Source: Macrostomum lignano (taxonomy: Eukaryota). Taken from it: 64,000 nucleotides of DNA. The stretch's first letter is position 1; each line of letters opens with the position of its first letter. The position numbers were made by a program, and so were the translations under genes. Location: NCBI GenBank assembly GCA_002269645.1, contig NIVC01000875.1, forward strand, positions 124,001-188,000, given 5' to 3'. Positions 48,401 to 61,289 of the stretch are shown here, in pieces. The notes under the pieces are model-generated. The model was not told where the DNA came from and searched no databases. It saw only the letters and a list, made by a program, of their open reading frames with translations.

Positions 48401-50940
48401 TGTGCTGTAGCTGTATGTGCTGTAGCTGTGTGTGCTGTAGCTGTGTGCTGTAGCTTTGTGTGATGTAGCTGTGTGCTGTAGCTGTGTGCTGTAGCTGTGT
48501 GCTGTAGCTGTGTGTGCTGTAGCTGTGTGTGCTGTAGCTGTGTGCTGTAGCTGTGTGCTGTAGCTGTGTGTGCTGTAGCTGTGTGCTGTAGCTGTGTGTG
48601 CTGTAGCTGTGTGTGCTGTAGCTGTGTGCTGTAGCTGTGTGTGCTGTAGCTGTGTGTGCTGTAGCTGTGTGCTGTAGCTGTGAGTGATGTAGCTGTGTGA
48701 TGTTGCTGTGTGTGCTGTAGCTGTGTGTGCTGTAGCTGTATGTGCTGTAGCTGTGTGTGCTGTAGCTGTGTGCTGTAGCTGTGTGTGTTGTAGAGAACTC
48801 ACAGATGGTCATTGGAGTAGCTCCCTCCTTCATATCTGAAATATGTAAAGCATAATGTTTTTAGAATTTATAAAAATATTTTCTTTTAAGTTAAAATTGT
48901 TTCATAAATACTAAAACACGCAAATAGATAAAACAAATATTTTTTACTAATACTGCTTGTATTTTTCATTCTGTTCTGTTCTGATATTTCTGGCTCAGCA
49001 AAATGCTTTCTGTTGTCTCACAGCTCGCAGGCAGCTGAACATTAACATTCAACTGGAATCTGCAGTCAAACTGCACTGCAAACTCCCTCAATGCAGCTCA
49101 GTCAGTGTCTGCTGCCCATTTAAACTACAAAAATGTAAAAATGCCCACTCAGAGCAACTGCAGTCAGCTGCTCAATACTCAATCATAAATTACAGCATAT
49201 TGTTTATCAATGATAAATCAAAATCAGAGAGACATTCTCAGTCGCCATGGAAACTTACCCACGCAGCAGCTCAGCCAGTTCGCTCTTTCCATTCTGTGTG
49301 GCGAAATCCAGCGCAGTTATGCCGTCTCTGTCCTTCAGGCTCCAATCCGCCCCTGAGTCCAGCAGAACCCGACCGACTGCGGCGGCGGTGGCGGGGGGCG
49401 CATTGAAGACTGCCTCCATGAGGGGCGTGAATTCACACAAATCCGTAGCATTGGCGGAGGCTCCGGCAGCCAGCAGAGCGGAGGCTGCGGCAGAATTGCC
49501 TGCCCTGGCTACTTTATGCAGGCAACTGCCAGCCCATTTATCCGCACAGGTGGGGTCACCCAGCTGCACCAGCTGCTCCCACAGAGCCTCATCTCCGCAC
49601 GAGCTGTTCTCAGCAGCCCACATCAATGCGGTGCGACCCTCATCGTCAGGCAGGTCGCAGATGCCGCGGGTCGCCGCTCGCCGCAGCCCCGCCGAGTCGC
49701 CCGCCTCGGCCAGCCGCTGCAGCTCCTGTCGATCCGCCTCCTCCTGCAAAGGTGAGCGGGAAATTTGAGCACAGCTGCTCAGCTGCAGCCGCATCGGCAC
49801 CTCAGATGCCGCTCACCTGGGCTGTCAGGCCGGAAATCTCGCCGAGTGCATCTACGACCAGCCGCATCTCCCTGCAACAGCAAAAATGAGCAGCCAATTT
49901 GCAGTTTTTTCAAATCAGACAATTACCATGGCCAAAATAAAATTATCTTGTACGATTAAATCTCTTTGATCTGCTTCAATTTTCGTACTAAATTCAGTAG
50001 ACAGAAATTCCTAGTTATCCGAGCTGCTCGCAGATGGAGTTTCCAAGAGGACTGCAGCAGCTCTGCAACAATCAGCATTGGCGAGAGCGCATCCGACTTC
50101 TCACACGCAGCTCATTTTCCATTTCTGCAGCATGAGTTTCCTTCCATCTCAGGATGTCTCACAAAGCACCCGCGCACAGCCTCCCAGTTCTCCATCTGCA
50201 GCTCAACCCACACACTCCCACTGCACACCGAGGCCCTACAGCTTCCATTTTCGACTGAGATCAAGCCTGCACCCCATTGGCTGGGAGGCAGCCAGCTAAT
50301 CACAGCTCTCGTCCATAAGCAGTCAGAGACAGAGACAAGCTCAGCTGACTGCTCACTCACCGCTCGATGTAGCTGGCCAGCTCTGAGTGACCACTGCGCA
50401 TCGCCAGGTCCGACGCCGTCCGACCCTTGCGATCCTTCAGTCCGAGCAGCCGAGTCCTCTTCGAGTTTCCGTGCTCAAAGCACTCATTGAACCTCCATTG
50501 TCTGAGCAGGTGCAGCAGGTGCTTGGCGCATTTCCAGCTTCCAGTCCGCGCCGCCTCCATCAGCGGAGTGGCGCCGTTGTCGTTCCGCAGCCACTTCACA
50601 TCGAACGACAGCAGCGTCAGCAGCCGCAGGTGGTCCCGCCGGGCTGCCAGGTGCGCAGCCGTGTCGCCGTTCGCGTCAGCCGCCTTGGGGTTCGCGCCCA
50701 GCTCAAATAAGTACAAGATGCACTTTTCAGTGTGCACGGGAGTCTCAGGAGCGTCGGCCACCAGCATGAGGACGGTCCGACGAGCTGCATCAGCGCTGGT
50801 GACCAGCTGGCGCGTTGCCAGCCGCCGCACCTCGCCGAAATCACCTCTGATGACGTCATGAGCGAGAGTCTGGAGATCGGCTGGTGAGCCTCCGACGCCT
50901 GCTTGGTTGCAGGGGTCCGGCTAAGTGAGTTGCTGCAACT
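45456..50940 (-). CDS. Gene C: ankyrin-repeat plus caspase (peptidase C14A) fusion; 5' end lesioned, may be truncated or a pseudogene
   Basis: Exons: ANK block 1 ~50938-50361 (TAG at 50923-21; first downstream ATG at 50767), 49871-49817, 49743-49259 (GG|gtaagt), micro-exon 48835-48803 (YEGGSYSNDH), 46456-46108 (FYPVKDPQGFCVIININK..REGSQWD..CFVCFLMAHG), 45842-45456 (KPKIFFIQACRG..ADFLLCYAT..VSYR..GSKFVQTLC). Phases match at every junction from ANK block 1 to the stop. About 571 aa from Met 50767. Confidence 0.7.
45860..46070 (+). repeat. 12-bp repeat (AGAGTGGCGCTG) inside the caspase intron
   Basis: Direct reading. It explains the false APLSAPL run in ORF 45631-46434. Confidence 0.9.
46482..48790 (-). 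repeat. About 2.3-kb CACAGCTACAG satellite in the pre-effector intron of gene C
   Basis: Same unit as 12290-12542 and 28372-28935. Confidence 0.95.
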
Positions 50941-51779
50941 GCAATTGAGGCACCCAAGCTGTCGCAGGTGTCTCAGCTCAGCCCGAGAGTCCGGCAGGGC
51001 AGCGGCCGCCTCTGCAGCAGGTTTTATTGGCCCTGGAGCAGCTGCAGCGAATTCCTTCTCACCCTGCCTTTCTGCCTCTCCCATTGGCTCTGAGGGGACA
51101 GCAGAACTGCTGCAATGTCAGTGCGTGGCTACTTGAAGTAGTCAGTGTGCGACTGCGGATTTGCTTGCAAAGTTTGTGCAATTAAAAAGCAAATAAGAAT
51201 AATATTTTTATTCGCAGGCCAGCTCCATTTATCCATCAGGAATTTCAAACTGGAAAATACTTTGTTGCGGTGAAGCAGATCAGTGCAAACATAAACAGCG
51301 TGAGCACATTATTGTTCTTCTCAGACTCAACTGCAAGACTCGAACTGCTACTCAACAGTAGTCAGTAAAGCTTTCACAAACTCATAGGTGTTTTTTTAGC
51401 GGATGGAATTCCGCTCAAGTTTTATTTTGACAAAAATTGTTTTGAGTCGCAACTGCGCTGGTTGAAAACTCCACGAGTTCGACAAAATGAGAAGGGAGAT
51501 GAGAGCACTGCAGCATGAGGTGCATATGATCGGTAATTTTTTGGAATTTGGAAAAGCCAGAAACCAGGAGGCGAGTTGTGAAATGAGAAATTTAGAAATT
51601 CACTTTTTAACTGCTGGCCAGCTGAAGGGGGCCTCCTGAGTTTAAAGACGTCAGGATTGGCGATCTGCAGGCCTTCGGGGCCTCCCTTGTTGCCCCTGAA
51701 ATCACAAAACTAAAGCAGAAACCTTTGAAGTCGCAGGCTCTAACTCTGTCTCTTAATCTCCCCTCCTCTTCCATCAGTA

Positions 51780-52680
51780 TATCCCCTCCTCCCTTCCCCA
51801 TCTCCACTCTCCTCCCTTCCCTATCTTCCCTCTCCTCCCTTCCCTATCTTCCCTCTCCTCCCTTCCCCATCTCCCCTCTCCTCCCATCCCTATCTCCCCT
51901 CTCCTCTTTCCCTATCTCCACTCTCCTCCCTTCCCCATCTCCCCTCTCCTCCCTTCCCCATCTCCCCTCTCCTCCCATCCCTATCTCCCCTCTCCTATTT
52001 CCCTATCTCCACTCTCCTCCCTTCCCCATCTCCCCTCTCCTCCCTTCCCCATCTCCCCTCTCCTCCCTTCCCCATCTCCACTCTCCTCCCTTCCCCATCT
52101 CCCCTCTCCTCCCTTCCCCATCTCCCCTCTCCTCACTACCCTATCATCCCTCTCCTCCCTTCCCTATCTTCCCTCTCCTCCCTTCCCTATCTCCCCTCTC
52201 CTCCCTTCCCTATCTCCCCTCTCCTCCCTTCCCTATCTTCCCTCTCCTCCCTTCCCTATCTTCCCTCTCCTCCCTTCCCCATCTCCACTCTCCTCCCTTC
52301 CCCATCTCCCCTCTCCTCCCTTCCCCATCTCCCCTCTCCTCCCTTCCCTATCTCCCTTCTCCTCCCTTCCCTATCTTCCCTCTCCTCCCTTCCCTATCTC
52401 CCCTCTCCTCCCTTCTCTATCTTCCCTCTCCTCCCTTCCCCATCTCCACTCTCCTCCCTTCCCCATCTCCCCTCTCCTCCCTTCCCCATCTCCCCTCTCC
52501 TCCCTTCCCTATCTTCCCTCTCCTCCCTTCCCTATCTTCCCTCTCCTCCCTTCCCCATCTCCACTCTCCTCCCTTCCCCATCTCCCCTCTCCTCCCTTCC
52601 CCATCTCCCCTCTCCTCCCTTCCCTATCTCCCTTCTCCTCCCTTCCCTATCTCCCCTCTCCTCCCATCCTTCTATCCTTT
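51780..52680 (+). repeat. Polypyrimidine satellite (CCTCTCCTCCCTTCCCCATCTC-like units)
   Basis: Direct reading. Confidence 0.9.
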
Positions 52681-53222
52681 CACTCTCTCCACCGCCTCTC
52701 CTTTTTTTCTACAATTTTCAACAATAAGCCACTGAAATGTTGTTGATACGACGAGATAAGAATCCAATCACGTTACTATAGTAAGTAGTATATCCATACC
52801 ACACTGCACACTATTTTACATTGGCTAACTTGTATTATAAAACTACAGATATGCTTTCAGAGAACAGTGGATCTGCATTACGTTATGATAAATTTAGTTC
52901 AGCCAGGTGCTTTATATCTGTATTGATCTGGAAACTCAATTCAAGAATCAGAGTCCTTCGTATAACTTTGAATGCTCAGATATTTAAATGATTTTTTGAA
53001 ATGAATTTCAATCTGATTTTTTTCACTATTTACGAGCGTAAACTGAATAAAAGTGTGAGAGACTTGAAAAAATCGTTTTTTTGTAGAGGCTAAAAATGCT
53101 TTGTCGTCAAGGTAACAAAAACGACGCCTTTTGTGTGAGTGCTGTGTTCTCAGACCTCTCTGAGTGTGTGCTCATGCTCATGGTCAGGACTAAAGCTCAC
53201 TCGCTACTCCATCAATCGGCTG

Positions 53223-53410
53223 TCTCCGCGGATGCCAAATGGATGGAGAAGCTGCAACTCAATCGGCAGTCTCCGCGGATGCCTGATGGATGGAGAAGCT
53301 GCAACTCAATCGGCAGTCTCCGCGGATGCCTGATGGATGGAGAAGCTGCAACTCAATCGGCTGTCTCCGCGGATGCCGAATGGATGGAGAAGCTGCAACT
53401 CAATCGGCAG
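53223..53410 (+). repeat. 48-bp tandem repeat x~4
   Basis: TCTCCGCGGATGCC... recurs at 53223, 53271 and onward. Confidence 0.85.
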
Positions 53411-54329
53411 CTTCACGAGGCCTCTGATGCAGCGTGCAGTGTTTAGAGCAGTTTTTTGGTCAGCCACTCAATGCATTTTCTGCCTAATCTGCGGATGGGA
53501 TTTCCGTGGGATTAGGGATAATAGGGAAAGTTTTTTGCTCACGACTTGCCAGCATCCGAAGGTGTTGTTGCTGATGACGAATAGAACTGAATTTTGCTCC
53601 TGCAATGCATGTAGAGAGACTTGAAAATGCTCAAGTCCAGGTCGCTAGAAGGTCATGTCTGCACTCAGTCTTCACAACAACTAATTTATTGCTTTACCTC
53701 AAACAGCTGATGGCCTCTGTGTGCACTTCTGTCTCAAGACTCTGCCACTAAGCGGAATTCAAGAGTGAGTACAGGTGCGCTGCTCAGGACTGAAGCTTTA
53801 TGCTTGTACTGGCTTATTCTCGCCAACAATGATAGGCATTGTAGTTCAGACTGTCCCTCTGCTCTCAGGCTCATTGACCTTTTTGTCTAGTCTTCTTTCA
53901 AGAAAAAGAAGAAGCATCGACGCATCGACAACGTGAAAGACATGCGACATGTTTTCATTTCTGCGAGAATAAGAATGGTTTCAAACTGAAACAGTCTAAC
54001 AGTCTAAACAGATCAGAAGAAGGGGCAGAGCAGCTCGTCTGGCTCACGTGCCGTGACACGTTTGATTACGAAGACTTGCTGAGACATATCATATTTTAGG
54101 TCCACAGATCTCGCTTCAAATCGAATGCAGGTCTTTTCTAGTTGCTAGGCAGGTCTTAGGCTCGATACGCGCTCAGCGGCAGCCTGTTTGTTGCAACTAC
54201 GCTCGTAGTTTCCATTGAATTGGCTGCAGGGCGGGCCGAAGACACGGCCATTCCGCTAATTCAGGGGCAAACTACAGGCCGCTCTACCCGGCCCACAATA
54301 ACACTCCGGCCCGCTCAAGGTTTGTGTCT

Positions 54330-54850
54330 CTTCTCAGCTCTCTCCTCTCTAATCCTCTCATCCCCCTTTTCTCTCTCTACTTCCCTCCTCTCTCCCTCTC
54401 TTCTCTCCCTTCTTTATTCTACTCTCCTATCTCTTCTCTACTCTCCTATCTCTTCTCTCCTCTCCTTTCCTCTCCGTTCTCTCATCTCTCTTCTCTCTTC
54501 TCCCTTCTTTTCTCTCCTCCCCTTCGCTTCTCTCGTCTCGTCTCTCTTCTCTTCTCTCATCTCCCTTCTCTTCTCTCCTTTCCTCTCCCTTCTCTCCTTT
54601 CCTCTCCCTTCTCTCGTCTCTCTTTTCTTCTCTCCTTTCCTCTCCCTTCTCTCGTCTCTCTTTTCTTCTCTCCTCTCCCTTCTCTTCTCTGCTCTCCCTT
54701 CTCTCCTCTCCTCTCCTCTCTCCTCTCCCTTCTCTCCTGTCCTCTCTTCTCTCCTCTCCCTTCTCTCCTGTCCTCTCCCTTATCTTCTCTTCTCCCCTTC
54801 TTTTCTCTCCTATCTCCTCTTATCTCTCCTCCTAATGCACTCCTCTCTCC
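54330..54850 (+). repeat. CT-rich low-complexity tract
   Basis: Direct reading. Confidence 0.9.
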
Positions 54851-56754
54851 CGCCCGCAGGCATGCGCTAGATTCTCCATCAGGCAATTCAGGTAAAAGTT
54901 TTTAAACCCTGCACTAAACCCTGAAAAGCCCAGAGACAGAGGCTCGTCTTTTGGCCCCGAGAAACTCGGGCCAGCCGGAATCGTCTGCGGACGGGTTGGA
55001 CCCGAGGCAGCGGAGCCGGTCTCGGATGAAGGCTCGGCAGAGGCAGACGAAGTGCAGCTTGGCATCTTCGTTTTCAAGGTTGCAGAAGGGCCAGAGTAGG
55101 TTCTAATTTTTGATTTAGTATAAATTTTAATTATAAATATAAGTGTTTCTAATTTTAATACTTTTTTCTACGTCAGGCTCCTGAAAGTACGTCATGTCAG
55201 CATTTTTCCTCTACGGTCTGGCTTCCGACGTCCACGAGGACTCAAGCTTGACTGTGTTGTATTTCGCTCTTTTGAGGGCCGTAAGAGGTCTCAAGTCTAT
55301 GGCGTTGAAGTATGGTCCTGTATGGCACTGCATACAGTGTTCCCAGTGGTCCTTGCCAAAGCCATGTGCAGGTGCTGCTGCTGGCGCTGCTTATGGAGGA
55401 GTCTGGAAACATCTCTAATCCAAACACACTGAAGCTGTAAGATTCCAATCCAGCAGAAGATCGACATTCAAGTGTCTTTTTCATCTCGCGATATAATGTG
55501 TTTTTATTACACACCTCACTCATTGTACCTTTCTCATTTTCTTCACACCCACTCAGACTCCAAACTTTGTTACTGAAAACGTCTTCTTGCTTTGGGATGT
55601 GAGAGTTTTCGAAGCCGCCTTTGTTAAAGCATTCTATGAATACGAGTACGCTTGATAATGTGTGTATTTAGTGCTGGTGGTTTCATGACAAACCGCAGAC
55701 AGAACAGCCCATAATGAGCAACAAATGTAAAGATCTTCACCATTAATACAGGAACATTTGCCTGAAGAGTGCGTGGTGAGGTGCGGCAGAACCAAAATGT
55801 CTGTGGCGGACAGTATGATTTGTCTAAGCAGGGAGTCACTTTTACTGCACTATCGAATAGCAATGAGATCGCATAGATAAGCGAGCAAAGTGCAATGAAT
55901 GCAGCATGTTCGGCTGGCAAAATCCTCGCTATAAAACTTTTACAGACTAAATTTGGATCAGGCTTCGCGCTTATATACAGCATCAATTTTAAGACAATGA
56001 ACTTCAATAGAATGAGATGAGGCTGCTAAACTCTGAGATCAGTGATCTCGCCATTAATGCATGAAAAGAAGCTGCAGAACAGGCTGCATCAACATGGCAA
56101 GTCATCAGCGTATCGTAGCCTGATTTCCACTGAAACAGATTTTAGTTGTTTTAATGTATCCGCTTTGAATTAAGCATTATGTAATAGTATAATTTTTATA
56201 TGCAATCAGTATTCTGTAATAAAGTAATAAAGTTGGAAAGTGATAGATTGAAGACGCTGGTGCAGCTACAGGGACTACTAAATACGTAGAGCAGAGCAAT
56301 ACTTAGAGTATTTAGTAGTCCCTGTGCCACTGCTACTACTGAGGCTCATGCTGCTACTGATATACTAAAGCGGGTGCCAGCGCAGATTAGGAAATAATAA
56401 GTTAATGGACAGCGCAAGCTATGAAATATTTGAAAAAATGAAGTTTTTTGTAAATGTGCATTGCTTGAAGAACTAAAAAAGTCAGAAGTTCCACACAGGC
56501 TGGCACACAGTCCTAAAGATACCGCGATTATCGTATGAGAAGACAGTGTCTGAGAGATGCACTGCCTGCACCTGATTGGCTGAATGCGAGCCCGGTGCCT
56601 CGGTCTCGGACTCTCCTTTATACGGAACGCATACTACTTATGGCAGTAGAGGTTTGAGTGCAGACTTGCAGAGTCGAGTGGGCAGTGAAAAAATGCAGAG
56701 ATGAGAGAGGTGGAGAATGATTTGATGTGAAAATACTGGTATACTTGAGAGTAG

Positions 56755-57480
56755 CAGATGGAATATGCAGAGAGAATATGCAGAGAGAATATGCAGATAG
56801 AATATGCAGATAGAATATGCAGATAGAATATGCAGAGAGAATATGCAGATAGAATATGCAGATGGAATATGCAGAGAGAAAATGCAGATAGAAAATGCAG
56901 ATAGAATATACAGAGAGAATATGCAGATAGAATATGCAGATAGAATATGCTGATAGAATATGCAGATGGAATATACAGAGAGAATATGCAGATAGAATAT
57001 GCAGATAGAATATGCAGATAGAATATGCAGATAGAATATGCAGATAGAATATGCAGATAGAATATGCAGATAGAATATGCAGATAGAATATGCAGATAGA
57101 ATATGCAGAGAGAATATGCAGATAGAATATGCAGATAGAATATGCAGATGGAATATGCAGATGGAATATGCAGATAGAATATGCAGATAGAATATGCAGA
57201 TAGAATATGCAGATAGAATATGCAGATAGAATATGCAGATAGAATATGCAGATAGAATATACAGAGAGAATATGCAGATAGAATATGCAGATAGAATATG
57301 CAGATAGAATATGCAGATAGAATATGCAGATAGAATATGCAGATAGAATATGCAGATGGAATATGCAGATAGAATATGCAGATAGAATATGCAGATAGAA
57401 TATGCAGATAGAATATGCAGATAGAATATGCAGAGAGAATATGCAGATAGAATATGCAGATAGAATATGCAGATAGAATT
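56755..57480 (+). repeat. 13-bp minisatellite (GCAGATAGAATAT)
   Basis: Direct reading. Confidence 0.95.
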
Positions 57481-57539
57481 CACTGCGGTTTGTGTCCGGT
57501 TCAATTCATTGGTCTATGTCGATTGGCATAATTTTTATC

Positions 57540-58190
57540 CTTAGAATCTCCCAGCATCTCAGAATCTTCCAGCATCTCAGAATCTCCCAGCATCTCAGAA
57601 TCTCCCAGCATCTCAGAATCTCCCAGCATCTCAGAATCTCCCAGCATCTCAGAATCTCCCAGCATCTCAGAATCTCCCAGCATCTCAGAATCTCCCAGCA
57701 TCTCAGAATCTCCCAGCATCTCAGAATCTCCCAGCATCTCAGAATCTCCCAGCATCTCAGAATCTCTCAGCATCTCAGAATCTCCCAGCATCTCAGAATC
57801 TCCCAGCATCTCAGAATCTCCCAGCATCTCAGAATCTCCCAGCATCTCAGAATCTCCCAGCATCTCAGAATCTCCCAGCATCTCAGAATCTCCCAGCATC
57901 TCAGAATCTCCCAGCATCTCAGAATCTCTCAGCATCTCAGAATCTCCCAGCATCTCAGAATCTCCCAGCATCTCAGAATCTCCCAGCATCTCAGAATCTC
58001 CCAGCATCTCAGAATCTCCCAGCATCTCAGAATCTCCCAGCATCTCAGAATCTCCCAGCATCTCAGAATCTCTCAGCATCTCAGAATCTCCCAGCATCTC
58101 AGAATCTCCTAGCATCTCAGAATCTCCCAGCATCTCAGAATCTCCCAGCATCTCAGAATCTCCCAGCATCTCAGAATCTCCCAGCATCTG
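57540..58190 (+). repeat. 18-bp minisatellite (CTCCCAGCATCTCAGAAT) x~36
   Basis: Direct reading. Confidence 0.95.
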
Positions 58191-59340
58191 AGAATTCGGC
58201 ACTCTAAAAAAACAAAGAAACTCTCACATCAAACTTTCTTAGTTTTTTTTTATTTCAACAAAAATAAGCGACTTAAGCACTCGATGTGCTGACAGTAGCA
58301 TGACGCCGAGCCAGCTTGGTGTGCAGAATTAAGGAGAATTTTTAGTATATGGATATGAAAATTGAAATAGATTGAAAAACCGAAATGGCTGTCTGGTGAC
58401 ACAAAATTAAAAGTTTTTCAGTAAAAATGTTTCAATAATTTAAGCGTATTTGTCTGAGCACTCTCAATCAGCCCTTCCCTAAGCTATCTCGGACGCAGCT
58501 CACTTTAAAGCCAAGCTAGCTCTTTAGCTAACAATTAATTCTAAAATGAGAAAATGCTTAATCATGACCACATGCAAAGCACGCAGGCAGCAAAGGTTGG
58601 CTGAACAGCACTATGACGTGATTCTTGAACTTTCCGCTGCAGTCAAACTGCCTCACTGTGAGTTCCGCAACCAACAGAAATTTTTTATCATAACCCAAAG
58701 CTTTCAAAGCTCGCACAGCTGCTCAAAATTAGTAAAGAGCTAAACAGCTTATTATGCAGCTCTCCTGTCCAGTGCTGCTTTTGATCTTGACGTCAGTGTC
58801 AGCTGATTCTTGGGGCTGCATGGCTGCCTGCTCTCAGGTGAGCTTTCTGCGACTCTCTTATCGGGAAGACCTTGCTCGATCTGAGCTCAGGTGCAGCCTC
58901 GGTGGCTCCACTTATCTTGTTTTTCTACAGTTGTCTGCCTTGAGGTGCGGCCTGTGGCACTTTTGCCCTTTTTGGTCTGTCCTTGCAGCGAATCTGAAGC
59001 TCTTGTTTGGTCATCTTTCGAAAAGATTTGAATAAACTTTTGCTTTTTCAAGCAAAACACTTCGGAGGGTTTTTGAGAAGCCTGGCAATTGTGCATCATG
59101 ATGAAGTGAAACATTTGTGCTGCAATGCATCCGAATTCAACTGTAAGGGCTTTGCTTTCAGCCAATGCGAGCGCTCAGCCGGAAAAGCTGAGGACACGAA
59201 CCCTGCCTCAGCCAGTGAATGAACTCTAATGTACAAGTAAATTATTGCTCTCCTTCCCCATTTCTCCATCAGATCCCTGAGCCACGAGTGACACTTAATC
59301 ATTGTCAATGATCAAACCACATACGCATCCACATTGTCTC

Positions 59341-59664
59341 GGCACTCTATCGCCGCGCTGGCCTGCCACGTCCAAGTGATCTACTGCGCCGTCGGCGACT
59401 CCAGCTCGCAGGCCATCTCATCCGCGCCGAGTCGTACTGCCCACAGCCGGTGCAGGAGGTGCTGCTGCTCACGCTGCAGGCACCCTACCGGCGAGGTCAA
59501 GCGCGAACTCGGCGTTATGTCGACTGTCTGCTGGCTGACGCCGGCGCCCCGGACACTGCCGGTGGCGCGGCCTTTGTTCGCGCCCAAGCCATGAAGCGCG
59601 CCCTGTGACGCTGACTTTTACCATCATGACAGCGTATTTTGTTGTTGTTGTTGTTGTTGTCTCA
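59341..59664 (+). mobile_element. 5'-truncated RTE-clade LINE end with (GTT)n tail, flanked by 60-bp direct repeats
   Basis: 59342-59608 reads ALYRRAGLPRPSDLLRRRRLQLAGHLIRA..RRGQARTRRYVDCLLADAG..AMKRAL*, an RTE-type RT C-terminus. The tail is at 59640-59660. Direct repeats lie at 59281-59340 and 59668-59727 (2 mismatches). Confidence 0.75.
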
Positions 59665-60069
59665 TAGGCCGCGAGTGACACTTAATCATTGTCAATGATC
59701 AAACCACATACGCATCAACATTGTCTCATAGATGTACGCTTTTTATCAGCGATGAAAAATCCATCATTGTTCAACGATAAAGCGAATCTGATTGTTCGAC
59801 GCTAAAAAGACGAGAAATTTTGGTTGCTTGAGGCTATAGACAAGTTTTTCTTCGCCAGATCGAAGCTTGTAAGAGTCTGATTTGAACCATAGACGTAAGT
59901 AGCTGCAACAAATAGCGAGCCTTTTGTTGGGCAGAAAGAGGACAGAAGCGCAGTCCGAAGCCTCGAGAATACAAACACATTGTTAGTTTATTAGACACTG
60001 GAGAAAGATGATCAACTGGAAGCATTTACCAGTAGAATCAAGCGAATTGGCTCTGGTTACCGAACTAGC

Positions 60070-60465
60070 AAGCGGATCAGCAAGATGTGCGGCCTGAGCA
60101 AGGGATATACAAACCACTGTATCCGCGTCACTCGCATTGCTGATCTGAAAGATTCAGGCTATTCTGTGTCTGACATCATAAGCATTACTGGCCAACAAAC
60201 GGAGTCTACTGTGCGGCGGTATCTCTCCCGGAAGCGTGACAGCGCCATTCGAGACATGGCAACTACTGTGGGTGCTACGTTAGAACTACGCGGTATGAAT
60301 GCCTACAGCAGCGGTACCTGCGTCTCGACTGGCTGCAAAAGCATCATCAGCCACGAGGCAGCAACTGTTCGTGAGAATACCAATGCTGCAGTGTTCTCCA
60401 ACTGCCAGTTCGCAAATTGCACTATCAATATCAATACAATATCAATAAGTAGTAGGAATAAGTGA
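60070..60465 (+). mobile_element. Crypton-type tyrosine recombinase C-terminal fragment
   Basis: ISKMCGLSKGYTNHCIRVTRIADLKDSGYSVSDIISITGQQTESTVRRY has the HxxR box and a terminal Tyr. The usual TGH reads TGQ. The upstream frame has stops. Confidence 0.65.
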
Positions 60466-60603
60466 CAGAGCAATAACATCTGTGTTCACCACGTTTTGTT
60501 GTACTTACATTAGTCGTATTTGTTTCGCTTTTTGCTTGTTGTTCTCATATTCATATTTTTTTCTGTGAAAATTGTTTGCACGCAATCGTTGAACGCTTAA
60601 TAC

Positions 60604-61289
60604 CAAGGACCACTAGAAGCAGAAGGACGGGACACTTCGTTTCTTGGAAAATTTATTAAAGGCTGATTTTCACGGAAAAATGCACTAGCGAGATAGGAAA
60701 TTTTCACTTTTTTTCACTCTAAAATGGTGATAGCTTTTTATTGGAAGCCGATACAATGCTCTTCTTTTGATATAACTTACAAAACATGTTGCTTCGACGG
60801 ATTTTGTAAAGATATTTTCATGAATAATTGATCTTCATACTATTTTAGTTACTATAGCTACTTATTTTATATAAAAAGTACAAAACTAAAATGAATAAGC
60901 AGTGAATTGGGCATATAATTATGACCAACTTTTTTTTATAATATATTCTTAAAATAGACGCATTCGATTAAGCAGATATTGTAAAATTCAAGTTAGTCAC
61001 TAGTTAGCTTTAGACTATAGTTGCTGCATGGTATAGCTATAGTTACTAAAATAATATGAAGATCAATTATTCATGAAAATATCTTTATAAAATCCGTTGA
61101 AGCAACATGTTTTGTAAGTTATATCAAAAGAAGAGTTTTGTATCTGCTTCCAATAAAAAGCAATCACCATTTTAAAGTGAAAAAAGTGAGAATTTCCTAT
61201 CTCGCTAGTGCATTTTTCCGTGAAAATCAGCCTTTATTAAATTTTCTAAGAAACAAAGTGTCCCGTCCTTCTTCCTCCAGTGGTCCTTG
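60604..61289. mobile_element. Fold-back MITE with ~257-bp inverted arms, TTAA near both ends
   Basis: 60604-60860 is the reverse complement of 61034-61289 with scattered mismatches. TTAA lies at 60597-600 and 61291-94. Confidence 0.75.

Larger units (their letters stand above)
55420..59240 (+). repeat. Segmental duplication block, copy 2 (paralogue of 17865-21730)
   Basis: Collinear with copy 1. It also lies just past the 3' end of a minus-strand kinase gene. Confidence 0.85.

Noticed and set aside
46431-48833. Very long His/Thr/Gln-rich ORFs (800 and 783 aa), and similar ORFs at 12258, 28602, 19587, 23020, 39786, 51725, 56638 and 57492
   Set aside because: They are translations of satellites and minisatellites open in several frames. 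The His/Thr/Gln-rich ones lie inside introns bounded by good splice sites.
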